Sequence record: DRR723986_750
DNA length: 52,021 nucleotides
Direction: 5' to 3' (one strand)
The translations under genes and the position numbers were made by a program. How positions within the stretch are numbered: the stretch's first letter is position 1; every line of letters starts with the position of its first letter. The notes under the pieces were generated by a model. The model was not told the origin of the DNA and searched no databases. It saw only the letters and a program-made list of their open reading frames with translations. Below, piece after piece: positions 30,091 through 39,866 of the stretch.

Positions 30091-31664
30091 GCGGTCCGGC
30101 AGACAAGGATCTGACGAAAACCCGTGTTGCACGGGACAAGACCGTTGTGCCTTCATCCTCCCGGAAGGCCCCAGCATGGCCGACCAAAGAGGAGACGGAG
30201 ACTGCAATCGAGTCTGATGAGAAGGCCGACGCTGACGATATCTGGACCGTAAAACCGCAGGACAACAACACACCTGCGGACGAGACAGAAGCGCTCGCCA
30301 TCAAGTCGCCCGCGATTGAATCTGCCGCGATCACATCGCCCGAGCACGCCACTCCCTCGCCTGCCGGGTCCCAATCAGAAACGTCTGCACAACAAATCGA
30401 TCCTCCAGCGGAAACCTCTGTCGAGGGAACGGAAGAGGTGATTGAAGCGCAGACCGAAGAGACTGCGTCTGATCCAGCAGCTGAGGAAGCAGTTCCGGAA
30501 ACCCCGCGTATCGAGGTGCCGGTCCAGCAGCAATACGCGTCGTTGCTTGCAGCCCTCGGAGACCGCATCGAGAAGCATCCAGGGGGACATGATCTGCTGG
30601 CGGTGCTGAGAATGCTCGAAGGCCAGACCGCTCCGGGAATTTCCGAAACCGGAATAAAACCGAAGAACGCCGATGAGCCTGCTCCACCCAGGATCGGTAA
30701 AAGCCGGCGCATGATGGAAGACATCGTTCGCTTCGGTCAGGACCCGTCCAGCGAATTCGCCACATCGACCATTGAGCGTGCCACAAAGGACGGTGACGGC
30801 GGCCTGGTCTTGCTGGAACGCTTCCTTGGTTTGCTTGGGCCGCAAGGTGCTCTGCCATCCGCCTATACCGATGAAGCGATCATGCGCGGGCTCAGAGGTG
30901 ATGACAGTTTTCCGAGATTCCTTGACCTGTTCAACAACCGCTTCGTGCAGTTGTTCTACCGCGCGTGGGCCGATGCCAGACCGATCGTTCAACATGACCG
31001 GCCGGACGACGACCGGTTTCTCGCCTATCTCGGGTCGGCGATCGGCATCGGCACCCCGTTTTACCGGGACCTCGACAGGATCGATGATCGGCTCAAGCTG
31101 CTCTATGCGGGCCTTATGGCCCCGAAGACAAAGAGCGCCGCTCGTCTGAAGGCCCTCATCACGGGCGTTTTCGATGTCCGGGTAGAGATTGATCAATGTG
31201 TCGGGACGTGGCTGCATCTGGACAAGGATGATCAGCTCAAGCTTGGAGGTTTCGGGCCAGGCGGAGCCGGGCAACTTGGCGCCGACACGATCGTCGGGTC
31301 CAAGGTCTACAGTGTGAGTGACAAGATCCGGATCAGGATTTTCACGAGCAGCCTGGAGGAATATCGGCAGTTTCTCCCGCCAACCCGGGCAAGACCCAAT
31401 CCCTGGACAGAGAAGCTTTTCGACCTCATCGATTTTTATCTGGGTCTGGAAATCGAATACGAAATTGAACTTGCGCTGCCGAAAAGATGCGCATCCGCTG
31501 TCCGGATGGATGCCAACAACTCCGCAACGCTTGGACATATCGGCTGGCTGAAGTCTGCCGCTTCCGGCCCCGACGACGATACTGACCTGGAGGCCGAAGA
31601 AGAAGAAATGCTTACCGACACCCGTTTCCGGCCTGTGCGTCGCCACACCACAGTCTACCAATAG
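30087..31664 (+). CDS. tssG: T6SS baseplate TssG with a long acidic N-terminal extension
   Basis: ATGA overlap with tssF; FLGLLGPQGALP, FLDLFNNRFVQLFYRAW. Confidence 0.92.
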   Translation: MSGPADKDLTKTRVARDKTVVPSSSRKAPAWPTKEETETAIESDEKADADDIWTVKPQDNNTPADETEALAIKSPAIESAAITSPEHATPSPAGSQSETSAQQIDPPAETSVEGTEEVIEAQTEETASDPAAEEAVPETPRIEVPVQQQYASLLAALGDRIEKHPGGHDLLAVLRMLEGQTAPGISETGIKPKNADEPAPPRIGKSRRMMEDIVRFGQDPSSEFATSTIERATKDGDGGLVLLERFLGLLGPQGALPSAYTDEAIMRGLRGDDSFPRFLDLFNNRFVQLFYRAWADARPIVQHDRPDDDRFLAYLGSAIGIGTPFYRDLDRIDDRLKLLYAGLMAPKTKSAARLKALITGVFDVRVEIDQCVGTWLHLDKDDQLKLGGFGPGGAGQLGADTIVGSKVYSVSDKIRIRIFTSSLEEYRQFLPPTRARPNPWTEKLFDLIDFYLGLEIEYEIELALPKRCASAVRMDANNSATLGHIGWLKSAASGPDDDTDLEAEEEEMLTDTRFRPVRRHTTVYQ

Positions 31665-31689
31665 GTCTCAAGTCTGAAGGACCGATATT

Positions 31690-34497
31690 ATGAATGACAT
31701 TACGGTTGAAAAAGTTGTCAACAAGACCAACTCAACTGCCTACGACAGCCTGGACAAGGCCATGCGGCTTACAAAGGATGCCGGCCACCGGCATCTCGAG
31801 CTGGTCCACTGGTTCTACTATCTGATCCGCAACGAAAATTCTGATGTATTTCATATTCTGCGGCATTTCGACGTCGATCTCAGCACCCTGGACAAGGACC
31901 TGCAGGCCGCGCTTGCAGAGTTCAAGATCAACCAGACCGAACTTCCGTCCATGTCCAAGCCTTTCCGTGAAGCGCTGGAAGGAGCCTGGTTCGTTGGCAC
32001 GCTGACATACGGCGACTACAAGATCCGCACAGCCTATGTCCTTCTTTTCATGCTTGGCGAAGAGAGCACCCGGACGCAGCTTTTCCAGCTTTCGAAGGCT
32101 CTCAACAAGCTCAAGCACGATGAAATCGCGAACAACCTGGACGCCATCGCCGGATCATCCGGTGAAGTGCGAGCGAGACCCATCGACGGTTCAAGTCCAG
32201 CCTCCGGTAGCGCAGCAGGTGAACCGGGCGCAGAGCCGCTCGCGGCAGGCGGCCCCGGGGAAGATGCACTCAGCCAGTTCACGGTAGATTTCACAGCTCG
32301 TGCGCGGGCAAAGGAATTCGATCCGATCGTCGGTCGGGACGAAGAAATCCGGCAAGTCATCGACGTTCTGATGCGCCGCCGCCAGAACAACCCGATCCTG
32401 ACCGGCGAAGCCGGGGTCGGCAAAACGGCTATCGTCGAAGGCTTTGCGCAGAAAATCGTTGCCGGTGATGTTCCGCCCGCGCTTCTGGGCACGCGCCTTT
32501 GTGCGCTGGATCTCGGCTTGCTTCAGGCCGGCGCATCGATGAAAGGCGAATTCGAGAAACGTCTGCGCGCGGTCATTGATGCCGTCCATGGTTCCATCGT
32601 GCCGACGATCCTGTTTATTGATGAAGCCCATACGTTGATCGGAGCCGGCGGCGCTGCCGGAACGGGCGATGCGGCTAACCTTCTGAAGCCTGCCCTTGCC
32701 CGCGGCACACTCAGGACCGTCGCGGCTACGACGTGGTCGGAATACCGCCAGCATTTTGAAAAAGACCCGGCCCTGACACGGCGCTTCCAGCCCGTGCAGG
32801 TTGACGAACCGGATGAGGAAAAGTGCTTTGCCATGGTGCGCGGCCTGCTTGGCCCGATGGAAGATCATCACCAGGTTCGCATCCTTGATAGCGCTGTGCG
32901 GTCAGCGGTATCTTTGTCACATCGCTACATTCCAGCACGCCAGCTGCCGGACAAGGCGGTCAGCGTTCTCGACACCGCCTCGGCACGTGTCAACATCTCG
33001 CAAGCAGCACAGCCAGCCCGGTTGCTGGACCTGGTTGCCCGAAAAGGTTTTCTGGAGACAGAGAAAAAGGCCCTGACCAACGATGCCGAACTGGGCATGG
33101 AGCATCAGGAACAGCTCGAGGAACTGTCCAACGCGATTACGGAAACCGAAAGCGACATTGAGACTGTCCGCAATCAGTGGGAAAACGAGCGGAAACTGGT
33201 AGCCGGAATCCGGCGTTTGAATGCCGCTCTTGCAAAGCTTCGCGGTGTTGAACCTGCGCCTCATCCGGAAAGCGAGGCGATCGAAGATCCGCAGCACGAC
33301 AAGCCCGCTCTTGTTCCGATCGATGAGATCGAGCTTGAACTTGACGTGGACCTGACCAACGAAGACGCCATTCGCGAAGCGCTCCAGGCGATGCGCACGG
33401 AGCTTTCCGAAATCCCCGAAGACGATCGCATGGTCTATGCCTATGTCGACGATGAGGCCGTCGCCAGCATCATTTCCGACTGGACCGGCATTCCGGTCGG
33501 GCGGATGGTGCAGGACGAAATGCAGACGATCCTGTCGCTGACCGACAGCCTCAACAAACGCGTGATCGGTCAGGCCCATGGTCTGGCAATGATCTCGAAG
33601 CGCATCGAGACCAGCCGCGCCCAGTTGGGCAATCCGGACAAGCCAATCGGCGTGTTCATGCTGTGCGGCCCCTCCGGTGTTGGTAAAACCGAAACCGCCC
33701 TGGCCCTTGCCGAGACCCTTTATGGTGGTGAGGAAAGCCTGATCACCATCAATATGTCCGAATTCCAGGAAGCACATTCCGTTTCCGGTCTCAAAGGCGC
33801 TCCTCCGGGATATGTAGGTTATGGCGAAGGCGGCCGGTTGACCGAAGCCGTGCGGCGTAAGCCTTACTCGGTCGTCCTTCTGGACGAAGTCGAAAAGGCT
33901 CATCCGGATGTTCACGAAATCTTCTTCCAGGTGTTCGACAAGGGTTGGATGGAAGACGGCATGGGTCGCAAGATCGACTTCCGCAACACGTTGATACTGC
34001 TGACGTCGAATGTTGGCACTGACATCATCATGAATGCTGCAAGTCACATGCTGGACGCGCCGGTTTCCAGTAATCCGGACCTCGCGGCAACCGACCCGAA
34101 CGCGCCGGATCCGGAGAAGCTCGCGGAAACCTTGAGACCGGCATTGCTCGACGTGTTCCCGCCAGCCCTGCTCGGCCGCATCGTGACCATCCCCTACTAT
34201 CCGCTGTCACCATCCATGCTCGGGTTCATCGTCCGGCTTCAGCTCAACCGTATTGTCAAACGGGTCAAGCAGAACCGGGATGCCGTGCTGAGTTATGGCG
34301 ACGACGTGGTGAGCCATATCGTTTCACTCTGCCGCGACCCGGACAGCGGTGGCCGCATGATCGACAACATCCTGACCAACGACCTTCTGCCGAAGCTGTC
34401 ACGTGCGTTCCTCACGGCGCAAATGAACGGCGAAGAACTGAAGGGTGTGACCTTGAAAGCGACGGAAACCGGTATCGAAATCGAGCCGGCCAGCTGA
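31690..34497 (+). CDS. tssH: T6SS AAA+ ATPase ClpV/TssH
   Basis: RRRQNNPILTGEAGVGKT, DAANLLKPALARG, GPSGVGKT, GAPPGYVGYGEGG. Confidence 0.97.
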   Translation: MNDITVEKVVNKTNSTAYDSLDKAMRLTKDAGHRHLELVHWFYYLIRNENSDVFHILRHFDVDLSTLDKDLQAALAEFKINQTELPSMSKPFREALEGAWFVGTLTYGDYKIRTAYVLLFMLGEESTRTQLFQLSKALNKLKHDEIANNLDAIAGSSGEVRARPIDGSSPASGSAAGEPGAEPLAAGGPGEDALSQFTVDFTARARAKEFDPIVGRDEEIRQVIDVLMRRRQNNPILTGEAGVGKTAIVEGFAQKIVAGDVPPALLGTRLCALDLGLLQAGASMKGEFEKRLRAVIDAVHGSIVPTILFIDEAHTLIGAGGAAGTGDAANLLKPALARGTLRTVAATTWSEYRQHFEKDPALTRRFQPVQVDEPDEEKCFAMVRGLLGPMEDHHQVRILDSAVRSAVSLSHRYIPARQLPDKAVSVLDTASARVNISQAAQPARLLDLVARKGFLETEKKALTNDAELGMEHQEQLEELSNAITETESDIETVRNQWENERKLVAGIRRLNAALAKLRGVEPAPHPESEAIEDPQHDKPALVPIDEIELELDVDLTNEDAIREALQAMRTELSEIPEDDRMVYAYVDDEAVASIISDWTGIPVGRMVQDEMQTILSLTDSLNKRVIGQAHGLAMISKRIETSRAQLGNPDKPIGVFMLCGPSGVGKTETALALAETLYGGEESLITINMSEFQEAHSVSGLKGAPPGYVGYGEGGRLTEAVRRKPYSVVLLDEVEKAHPDVHEIFFQVFDKGWMEDGMGRKIDFRNTLILLTSNVGTDIIMNAASHMLDAPVSSNPDLAATDPNAPDPEKLAETLRPALLDVFPPALLGRIVTIPYYPLSPSMLGFIVRLQLNRIVKRVKQNRDAVLSYGDDVVSHIVSLCRDPDSGGRMIDNILTNDLLPKLSRAFLTAQMNGEELKGVTLKATETGIEIEPAS

Positions 34498-34507
34498 CAT
34501 CAACCAA

Positions 34508-34546
34508 CAAAAACGCCGGACAGGTTCTCCTACCTGTCCGGCGTTT
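34508..34546. terminator. Bidirectional terminator between clpV and PAAR
   Basis: AAACGCCGGACAGGT-tctcct-ACCTGTCCGGCGTTT. Confidence 0.8.
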
Positions 34547-34588
34547 CGATTCCGCCCGGAAATCTGCCTGATTGTCGCCGGTCCTGAT

Positions 34589-34885
34589 TCAGCCACCGAT
34601 AAGAACGGTAAATTCCCCTGTCGTGATCGCGCCCCCCTTGGCTGTTGGATCGCCAATGCGGGCCGCGGGCAAACTTCCGATAAGAACAGTCAGCGACCCC
34701 ATGATAATGGGATCGACATTTGCCGGCGGTGGGCCGACACACACGCAAAGGTCCGTCATTCTCGCAGCAGGACGCTTCCCGATCAGGACGTTGATCTTGC
34801 ATGGTGGCGCAATTGGCAACCCCGGCGGAACGGGTGTCATCGGGCACATATGAAAATCGCCCAGGCGGGCAGCTGGTCTGGTCAT
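34589..34885 (-). CDS. Stand-alone PAAR-repeat spike tip protein
   Basis: Three PAAR motifs (PAARLGD, PAARMTD, PAARIGD); 98 aa. Confidence 0.95.
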   Translation of the reverse strand: MTRPAARLGDFHMCPMTPVPPGLPIAPPCKINVLIGKRPAARMTDLCVCVGPPPANVDPIIMGSLTVLIGSLPAARIGDPTAKGGAITTGEFTVLIGG

Positions 34886-34941
34886 GGCAGCCTCGTGCGT
34901 TGTTACACTCTTGCTAGAATGAACGTTCCTGCGACAAATAC

Positions 34942-34957
34942 TGGGACCTGGATCACA
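34942..34957 (-). promoter_or_regulatory. CRP-type box upstream of PAAR
   Basis: Minus strand TGTGA-TCCAGG-TCCCA (1 mismatch); CATTCT 20 nt downstream. Confidence 0.58.
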
Positions 34958-34992
34958 GTCTGGCGTATTTCAGCGCTGCCGCAAGTCCTGTT

Positions 34993-36978
34993 TCACTGCA
35001 CGCTCAAAATGTCGGCAATCACCGTCCGGTATTCCTGCAGATCCTTGCCCCCGACAGACTGCGGTGCTTCCGCTCCCGTCTCCATTTCAAAGGCCAACGG
35101 GTCTGTCGGCTCTCCCCTGTGCCTGATTTCGAAATGAAGGTGCGGTCCGGTGGAAAGCCCCGTAGTTCCGACGTAACCAATCAGATCACCCGCCTGAACC
35201 ACAGACCCTAGCTGGATGCCATCGGCGTATTCATGCATATGCGCGTAGCGGCTGGTAATTCCGTCCTTGTGGGTAAGTTCAATGAAATTGCCATAACCGC
35301 CTCGCACATCGCGATAGGTGACCTTTCCGGAAAAGGCCGCGTGGATCGCGGTTCCTGTGGGGGCCGCCCAATCGACACCCGCATGCAGGCGTTCCGTTTT
35401 CTTGATCGGATGAAATCTCATGCCGAACTTCGATGTCAGAACACCTTTGACCGGGACAAGCATGGCGCCGGACAAGCTGACCTTGCCGCCTTCGTTCACA
35501 CAGGCAAAACCGCGATTACCGGGAGCTTTCAGCACGTAACAGCGAACGGACCAGTCGTCCCCACGCCGAACTCCGGCAAAGAGCACCCTGCCACCGCCAC
35601 GCTTCTCGTCTCGAGCACTGTCCGTGAATACCAGAGTGACCCTCTCATCTGGTTTGATCGACCGCTTGAGGTCGGTCATGGGTGCCAAATATGCGATTGC
35701 CTCGCCCACGATAGAAGCGGGCACGGCATTACGGACTGCGGTGGCATAAACACCGTCGATCAAGCGATGCGAGTTGGCAGGTTGAGTTGCCTCCTCACCC
35801 GCGATCTTCTGTTCCACGATCGTCTTGCCAAACCAGGGATCGGCGCCGGCTACATACCCGTCCCCGTCTCTTCCGACCGAATAGGCGGCTGTACCGATAT
35901 ACCCTTCCCGGCCGTAGATCGAAATCTGGACAGGCCGATAATAATCGCCAATCCGGCCTACCTTGTTCGGCATGCGAACGCCACGCACCGCGATCTTGTC
36001 GCCTGCGATCAAATCGCTTTTATCAAAGTTCTCCTTGACGAATTCCACCAGCGAATCCAGGACTTCCTCGTCGAACCCTTTGCCTTTCAGGAAATCCTTG
36101 AGCGTAGCCGCTTTTACTACCTCCTCGCGTACTTCGACCCGGCTGGGCCCCTGACCGATGGGACGCTCGGTGAGATAGAGGTTCAACGTGTCAGTTGACG
36201 GTTTCAGAAACACCGGCAAATCGGGAGAACCATCGTCCGCGGGCTGCGCATCTTCTTCAACGACTATGCCCTTGGCCTCATCCCCGCCCCCGAAATTGCC
36301 GAACTGAAAGTCCGCCTCGCTACCCGGTGCGCGTATAACAAGGTTGCCGTCATCGTCCAGCATCTGGCTGTCCAGCACGTATGCGGCAACAGACGGTACC
36401 GACGCAGCACCGTCCCCGATCGCAGCGGCTGGCACTGGACGCTCCGACAAGTCTATCCGCCGATTAGCGGCACCATCCTTCAAAAGGACCGGGTCGCCCG
36501 CCAACGGAATGACTGCAGAAAGGGCCATGTCGAAAAACGGATCGGCCGGAACATCGAGATCCTCCTCGTTGGTCAACGCAGTGTCATCAACATCCTGTTC
36601 CAGGCCTTGGTCATTGGCGACGGTTTCGTCCGGATCTTGCTGCGGAGCATTTTCCGGAGCGGCGCTGTCCGACACCGCTTCGGCGATATCCTGTAACCCG
36701 ATTTCCTCGGGAGGTGACAGGGATATCGCGCCGGAGGAGATCAGATGGGCAATGCCGCCAGCAGCACCGCCCAGCACCAGGAACCCGATGGCCATCGCAG
36801 CATAAAGCACAATGGGTGACCGTTTCGGAGCTGCCGCCTTGGCCGGCTCAGCTTCTGGCTTTGGTGGTGGTGTAGCGGTAGGGCCAGCTTGTGGCGCCTT
36901 TTGCGACGGACGGATCACGGTCCTGTCAAACTCTGGGCGATGAGCACCCGGATTTTGGTTGTCAGGCCATTGGACCAT
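34993..36978 (-). CDS. Membrane-anchored M23 metallopeptidase (peptidoglycan endopeptidase)
   Basis: N-terminal TM IVLYAAMAIGFLVLGGAAGGI; intact HAGVD and GPHLHFE Zn motifs; TSKFGMRFHP. Confidence 0.88.
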   Translation of the reverse strand: MVQWPDNQNPGAHRPEFDRTVIRPSQKAPQAGPTATPPPKPEAEPAKAAAPKRSPIVLYAAMAIGFLVLGGAAGGIAHLISSGAISLSPPEEIGLQDIAEAVSDSAAPENAPQQDPDETVANDQGLEQDVDDTALTNEEDLDVPADPFFDMALSAVIPLAGDPVLLKDGAANRRIDLSERPVPAAAIGDGAASVPSVAAYVLDSQMLDDDGNLVIRAPGSEADFQFGNFGGGDEAKGIVVEEDAQPADDGSPDLPVFLKPSTDTLNLYLTERPIGQGPSRVEVREEVVKAATLKDFLKGKGFDEEVLDSLVEFVKENFDKSDLIAGDKIAVRGVRMPNKVGRIGDYYRPVQISIYGREGYIGTAAYSVGRDGDGYVAGADPWFGKTIVEQKIAGEEATQPANSHRLIDGVYATAVRNAVPASIVGEAIAYLAPMTDLKRSIKPDERVTLVFTDSARDEKRGGGRVLFAGVRRGDDWSVRCYVLKAPGNRGFACVNEGGKVSLSGAMLVPVKGVLTSKFGMRFHPIKKTERLHAGVDWAAPTGTAIHAAFSGKVTYRDVRGGYGNFIELTHKDGITSRYAHMHEYADGIQLGSVVQAGDLIGYVGTTGLSTGPHLHFEIRHRGEPTDPLAFEMETGAEAPQSVGGKDLQEYRTVIADILSVQ

Positions 36979-37090
36979 TGTGAGACCTTAAGCGCAGCGT
37001 CGCAGCTGCTCAGGCTGCCGAAAATCAATATCCCGATCATGCCGGATGATTGGGAAAGATGCAAAAAATGCTGTGTTTAAAAGCGCTTCG

Positions 37091-39028
37091 TCAGGAGCGC
37101 GGAAACGTGACCAGCTTGCTCCTGTCCTGTTCCTGCCGCGCGATCGTCCGTTTTTCTTCCGGCTCCATGTACATTTCGGGTAGATCCAGAGTGTAAACGG
37201 TGATGTCGGAACTGAGACCACGCAATTGTCCCTTCCAGATCTCAGCAACCGGATAGGACGAAGGCAATTTCTCGGCGACAGATTGACTGACTGCGAGACG
37301 AACCTTGTGGTCCTTGGCAACGGATTCGACCCGGCTTGCCGTGTTGACGGTGGTACCCATGACTGTGAAGGAACGTCGATGTTCACCACCGATGTCGCCA
37401 ACCAGAACCGGTCCGGCGTTAAGGGCTATGCGCAGGTCCAGCCGCGGTTGTCCGGTGATTTCGCGCAATCTGTCCAGCAGGTTTATGATTTCTGTTGCGG
37501 CATCGACAGCCGATTTTTCGGGATGCTCGACCGTATTGGGTGCGTTCCAGACCGCCATGATCGCATCGCCGATATACTTGTCGATATACCCTTGGTGAGC
37601 AGTGATCACCTGTCCGATCCTGTCGAAACAGGAATTGACCACGCGCACCACATCCTTATCGGCGAGCTTTTCCGACATCTTGGTGAAGCCCACGATATCG
37701 ATGAAGGCCACGACGACATGCCGGGTTTCCCCACCAAGCGCCGGCAATTGTTCGGAACTCGCCATCAGCTTGATGACATCCGGGGCAAGGTAGTGACCGA
37801 AGAGCCTCACCAGAGACCTCTGCCGGCGCTGCAGGATGCCGACCTTCCCGACAGCCGCGATGATTGTCGCGGTGACGAAGGCAACCGGAGCAACGCCTGG
37901 CGAAGGAAACATGCCGAGCTCCATACTGCCAAGGCTCACGCCCAGTCCGCAAAGCACTCCGCCGACAGCCACAACAGGCAAGACGACCAGCGGAAGCGAC
38001 AGACCTGCGAGCGCGCCAACCACGGCAAAGATGACCGCAAATGCGGGGACGAGACCAGCGGGGGGCTCGGTCACGATCCTTCCGGCGATAGGCGAGCCGA
38101 TGAAATCGGCCAGTACGAATACACCGGCGGTTTGCGGCTGTACGCGCGGTCGCCCGCTTGGCCCCGTTTCTGCCAGCTGTTCTGGCAGATGAGGCAGGAA
38201 ACGGTCAGAAAAAAGATGCTCGTCTTCATAGGGCAACAGCCCGCCGAACAGTACGATGCGGCCTTCTGCAAAACGGGCAAGTTCTTGCCTGCCCTCTTCA
38301 CTTTCCAGAAGCTGCAGAACGTCGATAAGCGAAAGATACGGAACGGACGTTGCGAGGCGGGCGGATGGCACCGGAATGTAGGTTTCAGCTAACTCGACAC
38401 CTGCGAGACCCAAAAGCGCATCGATCAGATGTGGCGAAGCGGTGAGAGGTGAATGCGGCTCGTGTCGTCGCACCACACCGTCGCTGTCAGTTGAAACGAT
38501 AACCGACCTGACACCGCCCTCACCGGCTGCAGCCGAAAACATGCGTTGAGGTACGCCTATTTCGGTGTGAGCAATGAACACCTTGCCGCGGTTTTGATAG
38601 AGGAACCGCTGAAATGCCAGGTCAAAGCCTTTCAATCTGGCTTCGCCGGTGCTGGGATCCACAAAGCCGTCCGCACTATAGGCAAATACAAAGTCATAGC
38701 CCAGCGCCACCGCGCCGGCATTCAACATGGCTTGTCCGGCCTCTGCCAGAACCGGGGTCATCAGAACCCGCGGTATTGGTGCCAACCGGTCGGAGTTAAG
38801 CGCTTTTTGATCAAGGCCGACCACGACAACAGGCGCAGGACCTGCCTGCTCCTTGTTGTCCATGAGGGCCTTGATCTGGAACAGGCGGTCTGTCACCCAC
38901 CCTTCCCAGATGGCCTTTTGAGCGGATAAACCGATGGCGATCCCAGCCCCTACCGCAACGAGTGCGATGAGCAAGATGAGCTGTTTTCGTCCAATGGCTG
39001 CGTCCGCGAACCGGCCGCCAGATATCAT
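37091..39028 (-). CDS. CHASE2-domain class III adenylate cyclase
   Basis: TM, then CHASE2-like region (VVVVGLDQ, LGYDFVF, DSDGVVRR, GRIVLFG), 3 TMs, then FIDIVGFT, DKYIGDAIMA, FTVMGTTVNTASRVE with ATP-specifying K/T and N-x3-R. Confidence 0.9.
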   Translation of the reverse strand: MISGGRFADAAIGRKQLILLIALVAVGAGIAIGLSAQKAIWEGWVTDRLFQIKALMDNKEQAGPAPVVVVGLDQKALNSDRLAPIPRVLMTPVLAEAGQAMLNAGAVALGYDFVFAYSADGFVDPSTGEARLKGFDLAFQRFLYQNRGKVFIAHTEIGVPQRMFSAAAGEGGVRSVIVSTDSDGVVRRHEPHSPLTASPHLIDALLGLAGVELAETYIPVPSARLATSVPYLSLIDVLQLLESEEGRQELARFAEGRIVLFGGLLPYEDEHLFSDRFLPHLPEQLAETGPSGRPRVQPQTAGVFVLADFIGSPIAGRIVTEPPAGLVPAFAVIFAVVGALAGLSLPLVVLPVVAVGGVLCGLGVSLGSMELGMFPSPGVAPVAFVTATIIAAVGKVGILQRRQRSLVRLFGHYLAPDVIKLMASSEQLPALGGETRHVVVAFIDIVGFTKMSEKLADKDVVRVVNSCFDRIGQVITAHQGYIDKYIGDAIMAVWNAPNTVEHPEKSAVDAATEIINLLDRLREITGQPRLDLRIALNAGPVLVGDIGGEHRRSFTVMGTTVNTASRVESVAKDHKVRLAVSQSVAEKLPSSYPVAEIWKGQLRGLSSDITVYTLDLPEMYMEPEEKRTIARQEQDRSKLVTFPRS

Positions 39029-39705
39029 TTCACGATGACGACAGCGGTTTTCCGTCCAACCTGGACCGGGTCAATGGTGATCGTGCGCATGACGACACCA
39101 TAGTCTGGCGCCTTGCCTTGCAGGAACAGCTCAACCTCAACGGCCTCGTCTTCCGGCTCACGGTTCGGCATGTCGGTCAGAATATTGTCCAGCATGTCGA
39201 AGCGCTTGGGTTCACCGCCCCCAAAGGAAACAAACACCGTGTCGTATTGATCGCGCAGCTTATTGTCGAACCGCAGCATCAATGACGCAGCTTTCTTGTT
39301 TTCCAGTGTAAGGCCACGCAGCGTGACGGTCAGACCTTTGTCCGCCTTTTCGCTGTCGGTTCCGCTGTCTGCCTGCAAGCAGTTTCCCGCTCTCAGAACT
39401 TTCTGTTCAGAACCCTCTGCGGTGTATCCCTCGGAAGATACCTTGAGCACACCAGCCTGAATCCTGACTTCCTGACACGCGGAATAGTCCAGCAGGTCAA
39501 CATGTCCGGTAGCGCCAAGATCGACTACGTCACCAGGCATAAGCTCGGTAAACGCGGACACATCAACACCTTCCGACTTGTCCAGCACCAGCGCAATCGG
39601 ATCCGCTAGTGCAGATCCGGCGGACAGCGCAAACATCAGACCCGCGAGAGCACTCGTGGCCTGCAAACTTCGCCTTGAACAGGCATGCTTCAAAATCCGT
39701 TTCAT
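39025..39705 (-). CDS. Exported hypothetical protein coupled to the cyclase (beta-rich, weakly FecR-like N-terminus)
   Basis: Signal peptide ending ALA; ATGA overlap with the cyclase start; the family call is tentative. Confidence 0.6.
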   Translation of the reverse strand: MKRILKHACSRRSLQATSALAGLMFALSAGSALADPIALVLDKSEGVDVSAFTELMPGDVVDLGATGHVDLLDYSACQEVRIQAGVLKVSSEGYTAEGSEQKVLRAGNCLQADSGTDSEKADKGLTVTLRGLTLENKKAASLMLRFDNKLRDQYDTVFVSFGGGEPKRFDMLDNILTDMPNREPEDEAVEVELFLQGKAPDYGVVMRTITIDPVQVGRKTAVVIVK

Positions 39706-39806
39706 GAAGGGCTCCTGATTCCCTGGTCATTCCAAATACGCCCGGCCTTTTCGCCGCAGCCCAGCGCTGACTATGGCTCGATATTACCAGAGGATGGCGA
39801 AATGAG

Positions 39807-39822
39807 TGTGGCCATGGTCACA
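39807..39822 (-). promoter_or_regulatory. CRP-type box upstream of the hypothetical-cyclase(-M23) unit
   Basis: Minus strand TGTGA-CCATGG-CCACA (1 mismatch); -10-like TAATAT at 39786-39781, 20 nt downstream. Confidence 0.65.
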
Positions 39823-39866
39823 AAAATTCTTTTCAAGCGCAACAAGATAGAAGGAGACCTCCACTG

